A DNA stretch of 15,464 nucleotides from a virus (lineage: Duplodnaviria > Heunggongvirae > Uroviricota > Caudoviricetes), in IMG/VR virus record IMGVR_UViG_2869953405_000005. One strand, written 5' to 3'. The notes beneath the pieces were generated by a model. The model was not told where the DNA came from. It made no database searches and was given only the letters and a program-made list of their open reading frames with translations. Every line of letters starts with the position of its first letter. The stretch's first letter is position 1. Below are positions 1 to 10,047 of the stretch, piece by piece. A program made the position numbers and the translations under genes.

Positions 1-219
1 TCAGTTTTCCTTATACGGATTAATTTTATTGTGCAGTGTGTTGAACGACGCCCATACAACGTCGGTATACAATTCAGTAACTGGCTCAATTATTTTCCCG
101 ATTGCCCAGACAAAAATTAGAGGGGATATCGGTATCATCAATACGATAAACAGAATGAGAAACAAAAATTCTGTCGCCCTACTTTTTTGCGGATATTCTT
201 TTCTGAATAATGTAGTCAT
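1..219 (-). CDS. hypothetical small membrane protein (72 aa, one predicted TM helix)
   Basis: ORF with stop at 1-3 and ATG at 217-219; hydrophobic stretch FLFLILFIVLMIPISPLIFVWAIG; co-oriented with and 30 bp downstream of ORF 252..464; weak Shine-Dalgarno; no family recognised. Confidence 0.35.
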   Translation of the reverse strand: MTTLFRKEYPQKSRATEFLFLILFIVLMIPISPLIFVWAIGKIIEPVTELYTDVVWASFNTLHNKINPYKEN

Positions 220-251
220 TTCTTACCGCCCTTTCGGGCGGCCTCCCGACA

Positions 252-464
252 TTAATCGTTGTGGTAACTCATGGCTTCATTTGCAGCATCAACCGGATCA
301 ACCTCCCACCAGCAATAATTTGGTGCGTTTCCTTCAGGTGTCCACGGTTCTAATTCATTTTTTGCCACATTCTCGTCGCCAGTAATTTTAAAAATCTGCT
401 CAGAGAATTTTTTCACCCACTCGTTATATTTTTCAGTGTTAATAATTTTCTGTGTATTTGACAT
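252..464 (-). CDS. hypothetical small protein (70 aa)
   Basis: ATG at 462-464 preceded on the minus strand by GGAGGT about 7 nt upstream; no family recognised. Confidence 0.5.
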   Translation of the reverse strand: MSNTQKIINTEKYNEWVKKFSEQIFKITGDENVAKNELEPWTPEGNAPNYCWWEVDPVDAANEAMSYHND

Positions 465-522
465 AGATATACCTCCAGTTAAGGATTAAATTTTATTTAC
501 AGTGCCGGGTAATGACTCCAAC

Positions 523-1026
523 TTATTGATAGTGTTTTATGTTCAGATAATGCCCGATGACTTTGTCATGCAGCTCCACCGATTTTGAGAACGACAGCGA
601 CTTCCGTCCCAGCCGTGCCAGGTGCTGCCTCAGATTCAGGTTATGCCGCTCAATTCGCTGCGTATATCGCTTGCTGATTACGTGCAGCTTTCCCTTCAGG
701 CGGGATTCATACAGCGGCCAGCCATCCGTCATCCATATCACCACGTCAAAGGGTGACAGCAGGCTCATAAGACGCCCCAGCGTCGCCATAGTGCGTTCAC
801 CGAATACGTGCGCAACAACCGTCTTCCGGAGACTGTCATACGCGTAAAACAGCCAGCGCTGGCGCGATTTAGCCCCGACATAGCCCCACTGTTCGTCCAT
901 TTCCGCGCAGACGATGACGTCACTGCCCGGCTGTATGCGCGAGGTTACCGACTGCGGCCTGAGTTTTTTAAGTGACGTAAAATCGTGTTGAGGCCAACGC
1001 CCATAATGCGTGCAGTTGCCCGGCAT
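523..1026 (-). CDS. insB: IS1 InsB transposase component
   Basis: 167-aa ORF matching recalled IS1 InsB; position inside IS1 downstream of insA. Confidence 0.9.
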
Positions 1027-1220
1027 CCAACGCCATTCATGGCCATATCAATGATTTTCTGGTGCGTACCGGGTTGAGAAGCGGTGTAAGTGAACTGCAG
1101 TTGCCATGTTTTACGGCAGTGAGAGCAGAGATAGCGCTGATGTCCGGCAGTGCTTTTGCCGTTACGCACCACCCCGTCAGTAGCTGAACAGGAGGGACAG
1201 CTGATAGAAACAGAAGCCAC
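945..1220 (-). CDS. insA: IS1 InsA
   Basis: 91-aa ORF with CxxC...CxxC zinc-finger N-terminus matching recalled IS1 InsA. Confidence 0.9.
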
Positions 1221-1347
1221 TGGAGCACCTCAAAAACACCATCATACACTAAATCAGTAAGTTGGCAGCATCACCACAGTGCTGAACTTAATTATTCAGA
1301 TTTTGGATTATGCTTTCTCTTCACGAAGTTCCGATTGTTAATTTGGC

Positions 1348-1737
1348 TCACAACAGCACCTTCTGAAAATTACCCTGATAGAAAGCCAGTACACGCTGCA
1401 TAGCTTCGCTCTTCCGGCACTCGCTACAGATTATGTTTTGACGCCTGTCGTAGCGGCGTATTTCTCCGTCTGGTAATGACCAGATAAGGTCAGGATCAAC
1501 CACAGATGGTTTCTTCAGATTTGCCCTTGAGAGTTTTTTGCGGGCGTTTTGCCAGTCCTTACGCGCCTGTTCAGACGGGAATAACCCGTAACCAGAGTTG
1601 TATACATCGCCACTGGCAACCAGCTCTCTGGCGAGAACACTCATCAGATATCTTGTCGCACCTGTCTTGGCTTCCAGTTGCCGCAACGTCTCGCGACCGC
1701 TCAGACGTACAAGTTCAACAACCTGCCCTTTAATTTT
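1348..1737 (-). pseudogene. 5'-truncated gene fragment (HTH-like region), cut by IS600
   Basis: Minus-strand frame is open from the IS600 boundary (1737) to the stop at 1348; the apparent start is only a TTG at 1686 with no RBS; product not recognised. Confidence 0.4.
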
Positions 1738-1801
1738 TGAGGTAGCCTGAGTTTAACGGACACTCCTTCCTGAAATAGAATGGCATCAGAAGGAGCTAAT
1801 A

Positions 1802-2104
1802 ATGAGCAGAAAAACCCAACGTTACTCTAAAGAGTTCAAAGCCGAAGCTGTCAGAACGGTTCCTGAAAATCAACTTTCGATCAGTGAAGGCGCTTCCCGA
1901 TTATCTCTTCCTGAAGGCACTTTAGGACAATGGGTTACCGCCGCCAGAAAAGGGCTCGGTACTCCTGGTTCCCGCACGGTGGCTGAACTGGAATCTGAAA
2001 TTCTGCAACTGCGTAAGGCGTTAAATGAAGCTCGCCTTGAGCGAGATATATTAAAAAAAGCAACAGCGTATTTTGCACAGGAGTCGCTGAAAAATACGCG
2101 TTAA
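1802..2104 (+). CDS. IS600 OrfA (IS3-family transposase, N-terminal HTH part)
   Basis: 100-aa ORF, identical to ORF 10048..10350; RBS GGAG before the ATG. Confidence 0.9.
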   Translation: MSRKTQRYSKEFKAEAVRTVPENQLSISEGASRLSLPEGTLGQWVTAARKGLGTPGSRTVAELESEILQLRKALNEARLERDILKKATAYFAQESLKNTR

Positions 2105-2139
2105 TCGAACAATGGCGACAACAATTTCCCATTGAAGCG

Positions 2140-2958
2140 ATGTGTCAGGTATTTGGTGTATCCAGGAGCGGTTATTACAACTGGGTACAGCATGAACCCT
2201 CAGACAGAAAACAAAGTGATGAGCGGCTAAAACTGGAGATTAAGGTGGCACATATCCGCACTCGCGAAACATATGGAACCCGGCGGCACCAGACGGAGCT
2301 GGCAGAGAATGGCATCATCGTTGGTCGTGACCGACTGGCACGTCTTCGTAAGGAGCTAAGGCTACGCTGTAAGCAGAAACGCAAGTTCAGAGCGACTACG
2401 AACTCGAACCACAATCTGCCAGTTGCGCCAAATCTGCTGAACCAGACGTTCGCTCCTACAGCACCAAATCAGGTCTGGGTGGCGGACCTGACGTATGTTG
2501 CCACACAGGAGGGATGGTTGTACCTCGCTGGCATCAAAGATGTTTATACGTGCGAAATTGTCGGCTACGCCATGGGAGAGCGCATGACAAAAGAGCTGAC
2601 AGGTAAAGCCCTGTTTATGGCGCTCAGGAGCCAGCGCCCACCTGCCGGGCTAATCCACCACTCTGATCGAGGTTCACAGTACTGCGCATACGATTACCGG
2701 GTCATACAGGAGCAGTCTGGTCTGAAAACATCAATGTCGCGTAAAGGTAACTGTTACGACAACGCTCCGATGGAAAGCTTCTGGGGAACGCTGAAAAATG
2801 AGAGCCTGAGCCACTATCGTTTTAATAACCGGGATGAAGCCATCTCAGTAATACGGGAATACATTGAGATTTTCTACAATCGTCAGCGTCGTCACTCTCG
2901 TCTGGGGAATATCTCCCCGGCAGCCTTCAGGGAAAAATATCATCAGATGGCTGCTTAA
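2140..2958 (+). CDS. IS600 OrfB (DDE transposase catalytic part, normally expressed as OrfAB by -1 frameshift)
   Basis: 272-aa ORF in the -1 frame relative to orfA; integrase-core-like sequence (HSDRGSQY...). Confidence 0.9.
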   Translation: MCQVFGVSRSGYYNWVQHEPSDRKQSDERLKLEIKVAHIRTRETYGTRRHQTELAENGIIVGRDRLARLRKELRLRCKQKRKFRATTNSNHNLPVAPNLLNQTFAPTAPNQVWVADLTYVATQEGWLYLAGIKDVYTCEIVGYAMGERMTKELTGKALFMALRSQRPPAGLIHHSDRGSQYCAYDYRVIQEQSGLKTSMSRKGNCYDNAPMESFWGTLKNESLSHYRFNNRDEAISVIREYIEIFYNRQRRHSRLGNISPAAFREKYHQMAA

Positions 2959-3001
2959 AAAAAGAACAAATGGTAGTGTCCGCTATTGCCAGTACACCTC
3001 A

Positions 3002-3143
3002 GGGTATAAGGGGTTATGGCCACCGGACTACCAAACGGCTGCCAGCCCTCTTTCAGTTTATGTGTCAGCTTTTCCGCAAGATCTGACGGCGGCGCCGCCC
3101 TGACAACATCATAGTGTTTAAATGCCATGGTTCTTTCCACCAT
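3002..3143 (-). pseudogene. N-terminal fragment of a small gene interrupted by the IS600 end
   Basis: Minus-strand ORF MVERTMAFKHYDVVRAAPPSDLAEKLTHKLKEGWQPFGSPVAITPY runs into the IS600 terminus at 3001; GGTGGAAAG precedes the second ATG (3126-3128). Confidence 0.3.
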
Positions 3144-3321
3144 CTGAAAAATAATTCTTTAAAATACCTGACATGTAATACAGAAAAAACACAAAACCAT
3201 ACCTTAAATAAAAACCTGATTATCAAGCAGATATGCATGGATAAACTACAAGACGAGATATAAACCACCCTGCATTTAAATAAACAATAAACAACATCAG
3301 AAAAATAATTCTGCTCTATGG

Positions 3322-3348
3322 TTTACATTCAAAAATATCATTTATACT
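3322..3348 (+). promoter_or_regulatory. candidate sigma70 promoter for ORF 3389..3724 (TTTACA, 15-nt spacer, TATACT)
   Basis: Hexamers read directly from the sequence at 3322-3327 and 3343-3348; spacing is suboptimal at 15 nt. Confidence 0.3.
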
Positions 3349-3388
3349 TTTCAGAACATCACCAGCAAGGCATAAACAAGGAAACTAA

Positions 3389-3724
3389 ATGAAGTGGATT
3401 GTGATTGATACAGTTATCCAGCCATCATGCGGAATATCTTTTTCAGTCATATGGAGTAAAATAAAATTAATAATCTGGTATCAATCGGATGCTTTCTTAC
3501 CTCCTGAAAGTATATTTACACTGACTCACACAGGCATCATGCTCAATAACAAAGTGCTACCTGTAACCATTTACAACGTAGTACCATTCAATAAAACATT
3601 CTGGAATTCAATCAAAAATAGCCAGGAATGCCCTACAAATACAGATAACGTATTGAATGAATGCTTTAATAACCGTTGCACTCTGCAAATATGTCCTTAT
3701 GGACTAAAACAACAAAGTCCATAA
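3389..3724 (+). CDS. hypothetical Cys-rich small protein (111 aa), orphan
   Basis: ATG preceded by AAGGA about 8 nt upstream; 6 of 12 Ile codons are ATA (manual count); C-terminal third has 5 Cys; lies in AT-rich DNA; no family recognised. Confidence 0.45.
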   Translation: MKWIVIDTVIQPSCGISFSVIWSKIKLIIWYQSDAFLPPESIFTLTHTGIMLNNKVLPVTIYNVVPFNKTFWNSIKNSQECPTNTDNVLNECFNNRCTLQICPYGLKQQSP

Positions 3725-3758
3725 GGAGTTTACTCACATCTGACAAAATCAATATAAA

Positions 3759-3780
3759 CAGCCCCTCCGGAGAGGGGCTG
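3759..3780 (-). terminator. intrinsic-terminator-like hairpin (9-bp perfect stem, 4-nt loop) with T-rich tract on the minus strand
   Basis: CAGCCCCTC-CGGA-GAGGGGCTG; on the minus strand it is followed by TTTATATTGATTTTG; no T-tract on the plus strand. Confidence 0.45.
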
Positions 3781-4171
3781 GAGAGTGGCGCTATGTGCCA
3801 TTGCATGGTGCCGGGTGCCTCCCGGTGAATTCAGTACCAGCACCTGAATCCGCGATTATCCCATATACCTACTCGCTGATTGCCCCTCCGCACAGGGGGA
3901 TTCACCATGCCAGTTTCTTTTAACAAACTCCCCGCAAACCAGACAACAGTCAACCGCCTGAATTGTGAAGTATTTAAAAATTTCTCCCGCTAACTGATAC
4001 CCGGCTAACAGTCTGGCGTTTTCTTTTTCAGCAACGGGAAAGCAACAACCACCACACCCGCCACCAGCACACCGTCAGCCAGCACTGACATTATCCGGCT
4101 GCTGCAATGCCATTCACAAAAACAGTAAGCAATCACTTTTTACCGTAACAGGTGATAATCCAGATATGTAT

Positions 4172-4525
4172 CTACCCCAGATGAGTAATCCGAAGTTCAT
4201 CCATACCACAGGTCCTGGCTATTCTGTTGTACTCCTGAACAAGAGCAAATAATTCTGAATTAGCAACCATGAACTCATCGCAAACCCTCTGTATAGCATC
4301 ACTATTCAGAATAATAACGTCTCTTCCCGAAAGACGATCAGGAGTACAGAACAAAACTGTCAAACGGCTGAAGGCCTTTGCTCGTGCTGCATTGACTATA
4401 TCAATACGCTGCCTAAGGATGAAACACCCCGACGCCTCATCAATATTCACTCTACCCACACCATATGAATGATAAATATTTAATGCTGAAAAAACCATTA
4501 GACCGTATAACAAACACTCAATCAA
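4172..4525 (-). CDS. hypothetical protein (117 aa), doubtful
   Basis: ORF opens right after a stop with a TTG at 4525 and no Shine-Dalgarno; first ATG is codon 10; unrecognised; may be a gene remnant. Confidence 0.2.
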   Translation of the reverse strand: MIECLLYGLMVFSALNIYHSYGVGRVNIDEASGCFILRQRIDIVNAARAKAFSRLTVLFCTPDRLSGRDVIILNSDAIQRVCDEFMVANSELFALVQEYNRIARTCGMDELRITHLG

Positions 4526-4635
4526 TACTTAACAGAACTTTTATTTTTGACAAACATAAAATATTTTCAACAATATCCTGAGCCAGGTATATTTCAGTAT
4601 AAGGCTCTGCCGGAAGGAATCTGGAAGAATGAATA

Positions 4636-4712
4636 TGGCGCGCTGTACTGGATTCGAACCAGTGACCGATTGCTTAGAAGGCAATTGCTCTGTCCGGCTG
4701 AGCTAACAACGC
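4636..4712 (-). tRNA. tRNA-Arg (anticodon UCU)
   Basis: 77-nt cloverleaf folded by hand: acceptor GCGTTGT/ACAGCGC, D-stem GCTC/GAGC, anticodon stem ATTGC/GCAAT with loop CTTCTAA, T-arm ACTGG-TTCGAAT-CCAGT, encoded CCA. Confidence 0.85.
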
Positions 4713-4812
4713 TGAATACCGATAATGGACCGCCATCGGGGACCCGCCCCCGCACCAACAACCCTGTTATCGTGTCGTCTGCTCTTCCTGATAAGCTAAT
4801 GGCGGTTTGTGA

Positions 4813-4888
4813 TGGTGGCCCTTGCTGGATTTGAACCAGCGACCTGGCGATTATGAGTCGCTCGCTCTCACCACTGAGCTAAAGGGCC
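4813..4888 (-). tRNA. tRNA with CAU anticodon, ileX/ileZ-like (tRNA-Ile2; Met not excluded)
   Basis: 76 nt: acceptor GGCCCTT/AAGGGCC, anticodon loop CTCATAA, T-arm GCTGG-TTCAAAT-CCAGC, encoded CCA; resembles recalled E. coli ileX but diverged. Confidence 0.8.
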
Positions 4889-4924
4889 GGGAGCAGAATA
4901 ATAACGGTCCGTAATTAATTCCGC

Positions 4925-4949
4925 AATAAAAAACCCGCTCGGCGGCGGG
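4925..4949 (-). terminator. intrinsic terminator between Q-like gene and tRNAs (tR'-like candidate)
   Basis: On the minus strand CCCGC-CGCCGA-GCGGG is followed by TTTTTTATTG. Confidence 0.5.
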
Positions 4950-4990
4950 TTGTAGAAACTCTTCTAACGTCAGGCATAAAACGCCCATAG

Positions 4991-5845
4991 TTATGACGAA
5001 TTTACCACAGATTCCGGAAAAATCAACCTAGTTACCTTTTTTAACTGCCGCTCAGCCCATGCTTCTTCAATATCAAACCGAGTCACCAGCGCATCATAGA
5101 ATTTCTTAACTGTTTTTTCCCATGACGCGCGTGTTATCTGGTTTGTCACCTCGCATATAGCATTAAATGCCTCCGTTGATGGTAGTCTTTCATAGCCACG
5201 ACCACCACAACGCTGGCAGTCTCTGATAACAGGCATACCACGTTTTACCGACTCTTCACGATGAATGGCGACACCACGCCCACGGCAATCCTTACAGGCG
5301 GTGGAAACCTCACCCTTTCCGCCACACTCCGGACAGGCAACTTTTACCACCTCCCTGACTTTTTTCCATTCTTCCCAGTAAGACGGATACACACCTTTCG
5401 TACACTTTGCCCATACCGGCGGCTTACCATCCGGATACTGGACCTTGTTTGTAAAAACTACGCTTTCAATAAATTTTTCCCCATAGCAACAAGGGCACTG
5501 CTTTTTACTCGCTGCGCTGCGGGCATAATCCTCAAAAGCGTACGAAGCCATAATGCGCATCACTACCGGTTTTATTTCTGCCGGAAGTTTTCTCAACGCC
5601 GCCACACGATCGCACCGACTGAGTGCATAATCTGCCAGTAATTCTGTTGCCCGCGCCCTGTCATTCATACTGATGCCCATTTTCCCCAGGAACGCAGAAA
5701 ACCCCATCTCAGCCCGATTCTGTGTCATGCCCTGCGCGGCCATCACATCAGTGATACTCAGCGCATCTTTTGACGTTGAGGCCGATGCATCGGTCAGGCA
5801 AGGGGATTTTGGGGAGTAGTATTTCGGTAAATCTTCCAGTTTCAT
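4991..5845 (-). CDS. putative lambdoid late antiterminator Q-like protein (284 aa, DnaJ-type Zn-finger motifs)
   Basis: Sits between rusA and terminator/tRNAs as in lambdoid late-control regions; CPECGGKG, CKDCRGRG and CQRCGGRG motifs; ATGA overlap with the rusA stop; Q assignment rests on position and motifs, not a verified alignment. Confidence 0.5.
   Translation of the reverse strand: MKLEDLPKYYSPKSPCLTDASASTSKDALSITDVMAAQGMTQNRAEMGFSAFLGKMGISMNDRARATELLADYALSRCDRVAALRKLPAEIKPVVMRIMASYAFEDYARSAASKKQCPCCYGEKFIESVVFTNKVQYPDGKPPVWAKCTKGVYPSYWEEWKKVREVVKVACPECGGKGEVSTACKDCRGRGVAIHREESVKRGMPVIRDCQRCGGRGYERLPSTEAFNAICEVTNQITRASWEKTVKKFYDALVTRFDIEEAWAERQLKKVTRLIFPESVVNSS
4999..5026 (-). promoter_or_regulatory. 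candidate late promoter (pR'-like): TTGATT, 16-nt spacer, TAAATT on the minus strand
   Basis: Hexamers read from the sequence; overlaps the 3' end of the Q-like ORF; predicted start lies about 40-60 nt upstream of the terminator at 4925-4949. Confidence 0.25.
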
Positions 5846-6216
5846 TTTTTGACCTGCTCTTCATGCATTATGGGGTAAATCTTCACCCCCAGACGTCCAC
5901 CAGATACTGGCTGACCACGAACGATATTGATTTCATCAAACTGCTCATCGTCCATTAACACTCCCGCATGTGTCAGTGCATCCAGTGGTGCTTTCAGGAT
6001 ATTGTCCAGGTCACGACGGCGCTTATCCGGTGGCTCTGCAATAATCTTTATCGCCAGTCTTCCGGACAGGCTTAATTTCAGTCGCTGCTGACGGACAATA
6101 AGCGCCACATCCCGGCGATAACGCTCACCGGCTTTTGATACAAAATATGTGTTGTCACGACGTCGCCAGTAAGTATTCACCGTCGGCGGATAAGGTAAAA
6201 TAAACTCATGACGCAT
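5842..6216 (-). CDS. rusA: RusA-family Holliday junction resolvase (124 aa)
   Basis: Resembles recalled E. coli RusA (RRRDLDN... motif region); nin-region position upstream of Q. Confidence 0.8.
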   Translation of the reverse strand: MRHEFILPYPPTVNTYWRRRDNTYFVSKAGERYRRDVALIVRQQRLKLSLSGRLAIKIIAEPPDKRRRDLDNILKAPLDALTHAGVLMDDEQFDEINIVRGQPVSGGRLGVKIYPIMHEEQVKK

Positions 6217-6473
6217 CAGCGCAGCACCTCCTGCACCAGTTTTTCAAACTTTCCGACTCTGGTTTCCAGCTCTGCCACACAGTCCACCAGCTCATCTACT
6301 GCTTTCTGTGCGCGATGCTTCGCCTGCATCAGTTCCCGAAGCGCGGGTACCATATCTTTACGGATAGCGTCTTTTGTTATGCCCGTTTTTTCGAGTTGTT
6401 CAGCATGACGCAGCATTTCCTGCGCGTGTTTACGCAATTGTTCAGGGGTAAAAGTCATTGTCTGGTTGTTCAA
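6216..6473 (-). CDS. hypothetical phage nin-region protein (80-85 aa; start ambiguous: TTG at 6473 or ATG at 6458)
   Basis: Stop overlaps the rusA start (TGATG); helical, charged sequence; no family recognised. Confidence 0.45.
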   Translation of the reverse strand: MNNQTMTFTPEQLRKHAQEMLRHAEQLEKTGITKDAIRKDMVPALRELMQAKHRAQKAVDELVDCVAELETRVGKFEKLVQEVLR

Positions 6474-6807
6474 AAGAAACGCTCCATCTTACTGCTGTCA
6501 GTTCGTTTATTACTGTATCTGCGCGGATTGCCGGGCTTCATGGGAGTGGAAAGCACCCGTGCACTTTCCTGGTCCACAGGCAGAAAATGTCCGTAGACTG
6601 GCCCCCTGAATCTCCAGACAACCAGTATCACTTAAATAAGTGATAGTCTTAATACTAGTTTTTAGACTAGTCATTGGAGTACAGATGATTGATGTCTTAG
6701 GGCCGGAGAAACGCAGACGGCGTACCACACAGGAAAAGATCGCAATTGTGTCAACGCCACGATGTTTGACCGTTATTTGCCATTTTCATGCCCGCTAAAT
6801 ACTTTCG

Positions 6808-8777
<1,970 letters not shown>

Positions 8778-9025
8778 GTTGATGTCCTTTCTGGTGTGAG
8801 AACCTTAAGGAAACAACATGGTGTAGCAGCCAGCCAGTTATTTCTCTGGCGTAAGCAATACCAGGAAGGAAGTCTTACTGCTGTCGCCGCCGGAGAACAG
8901 GTTGTTCCTGCCTCTGAACTTGCTGCCGCCATGAAGCAGATTAAAGAACTCCAGCGCCTGCTCGGCAAGAAAACGATGGAAAATGAACTCCTCAAAGAAG
9001 CCGTTGAATATGGACGGGCAAAAAA

Positions 9026-9931
9026 GTGGATAGCGCACGCGCCCTTATTGCCCGGGGATGGGGAGTAAGCTTAGTCAGCCGTTGTCTCCGGGTGTCGCGT
9101 GCGCAGTTGCACGTCATTCTCAGACGAACCGATGACTGGATGGATGGCCGCCGCAGTCGTCACACTGATGATACGGATGTGCTTCTCCGTATACACCATG
9201 TTATCGGAGAGCTGCCCACGTATGGTTATCGTCGGGTATGGGCGCTGCTTCGCAGACAGGCAGAACTTGATGGTATGCCTGCGATCAATGCCAAACGTGT
9301 TTACCGGATCATGCGCCAGAATGCGCTGTTGCTTGAGCGAAAACCTGCTGTACCGCCATCGAAACGGGCACATACAGGCAGAGTGGCCGTGAAAGAAAGC
9401 AATCAGCGATGGTGCTCTGACGGGTTCGAGTTCTGCTGTGATAACGGAGAGAGACTGCGTGTCACGTTCGCGCTGGACTGCTGTGATCGTGAGGCACTGC
9501 ACTGGGCGGTGACTACCGGCGGCTTCAACAGTGAAACAGTACAGGACGTCATGCTGGGAGCGGTGGAACGCCGCTTCGGCAACGATCTTCCGTCGTCTCC
9601 AGTGGAGTGGCTGACGGATAATGGTTCATGCTACCGGGCTAATGAAACACGCCAGTTCGCCCGGATGTTGGGACTTGAACCGAAGAACACGGCGGTGCGG
9701 AGTCCGGAGAGTAACGGAATAGCAGAGAGCTTCGTGAAAACGATAAAGCGTGACTACATCAGTATCATGCCCAAACCAGACGGGTTAACGGCAGCAAAGA
9801 ACCTTGCAGAGGCGTTCGAGCATTATAACGAATGGCATCCGCATAGTGCGCTGGGTTATCGCTCGCCACGGGAATATCTGCGGCAGCGGGCTTGTAATGG
9901 GTTAAGTGATAACAGATGTCTGGAAATATAG
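9026..9931 (+). CDS. insD: IS2 InsD (orfB, DDE transposase part)
   Basis: 301-aa ORF matching recalled IS2 InsD; overlaps the insC end at the A6G frameshift site. Confidence 0.9.
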
Positions 9932-10047
9932 GGGCAAATCCAGTCCGTTATAAAAACGCCGGTAAATCGTTCCCAGAGAACCGTGAGGTAGCCTGAGTTT
10001 AACGGACACTCCTTCCTGAAATAGAATGGCATCAGAAGGAGCTAATA

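Larger units (their letters stand above)
508..1275 (-). mobile_element. IS1 insertion sequence, copy A (768 bp)
   Basis: Ends GGTAATGACTCC... (508) and ...GGCAGCATCACC (1275); insA/insB ORFs with A6C slippery motif; flanked by imperfect 9-bp duplication ACAGTGCCG (499-507) / ACAGTGCTG (1276-1284). Confidence 0.95.
1738..3001 (+). mobile_element. IS600 (IS3 family) insertion sequence, copy A (1264 bp)
   Basis: Two overlapping ORFs (orfA/orfB) with an A-run/G slippery site near 2053-2060; ends TGAGGTAGCC... / ...ACACCTCA; near-identical second copy at 9984..12023; length matches recalled IS600 size. Confidence 0.85.

Noticed and set aside
557-847. Plus-strand 96-aa ORF inside IS1 (identical ORF at 10547..10837), and similar antisense ORFs inside IS600 and the IS21-family element (2175..2414, 7628..7990, 8243..8572)
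   Set aside because: Antisense to well-supported transposase genes; no RBS; typical spurious ORFs.
2864-3268. ORFs 2864..3103 (+) and 3065..3268 (-)
   Set aside because: The first spans the IS600 end into flanking DNA in a non-coding frame; the second is a low-complexity frame in AT-rich DNA with no RBS.
4091-4113. Minus-strand ATG at 4113 as the start of a longer hydrophobic peptide
   Set aside because: That frame hits a TGA after 12 codons; only the 28-aa frame starting at 4091 is open, and it is reported as speculative.
3002-4635. Shiga toxin genes (stxA/stxB) expected downstream of the Q-tRNA module
   Set aside because: No ORF of the right size or sequence; the ORFs present do not resemble StxA or StxB as I recall them.
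4713-4812. A third intact tRNA between the two called tRNAs
   Set aside because: No T-arm consensus (GGTTCGAATCC-like) and no acceptable cloverleaf by eye; at most a degraded remnant.
4269-4834. Plus-strand ORFs 4269..4472 and 4547..4834
   Set aside because: The first is antisense to ORF 4172..4525 and the second runs across both tRNA genes; no RBS or coherent protein features.
6315-6728. ORFs 6315..6596 (+), 6458..6643 (+) and 6510..6728 (-)
   Set aside because: They overlap the nin-region ORF in antisense or cross the IS2 terminal repeat; no supporting signals.
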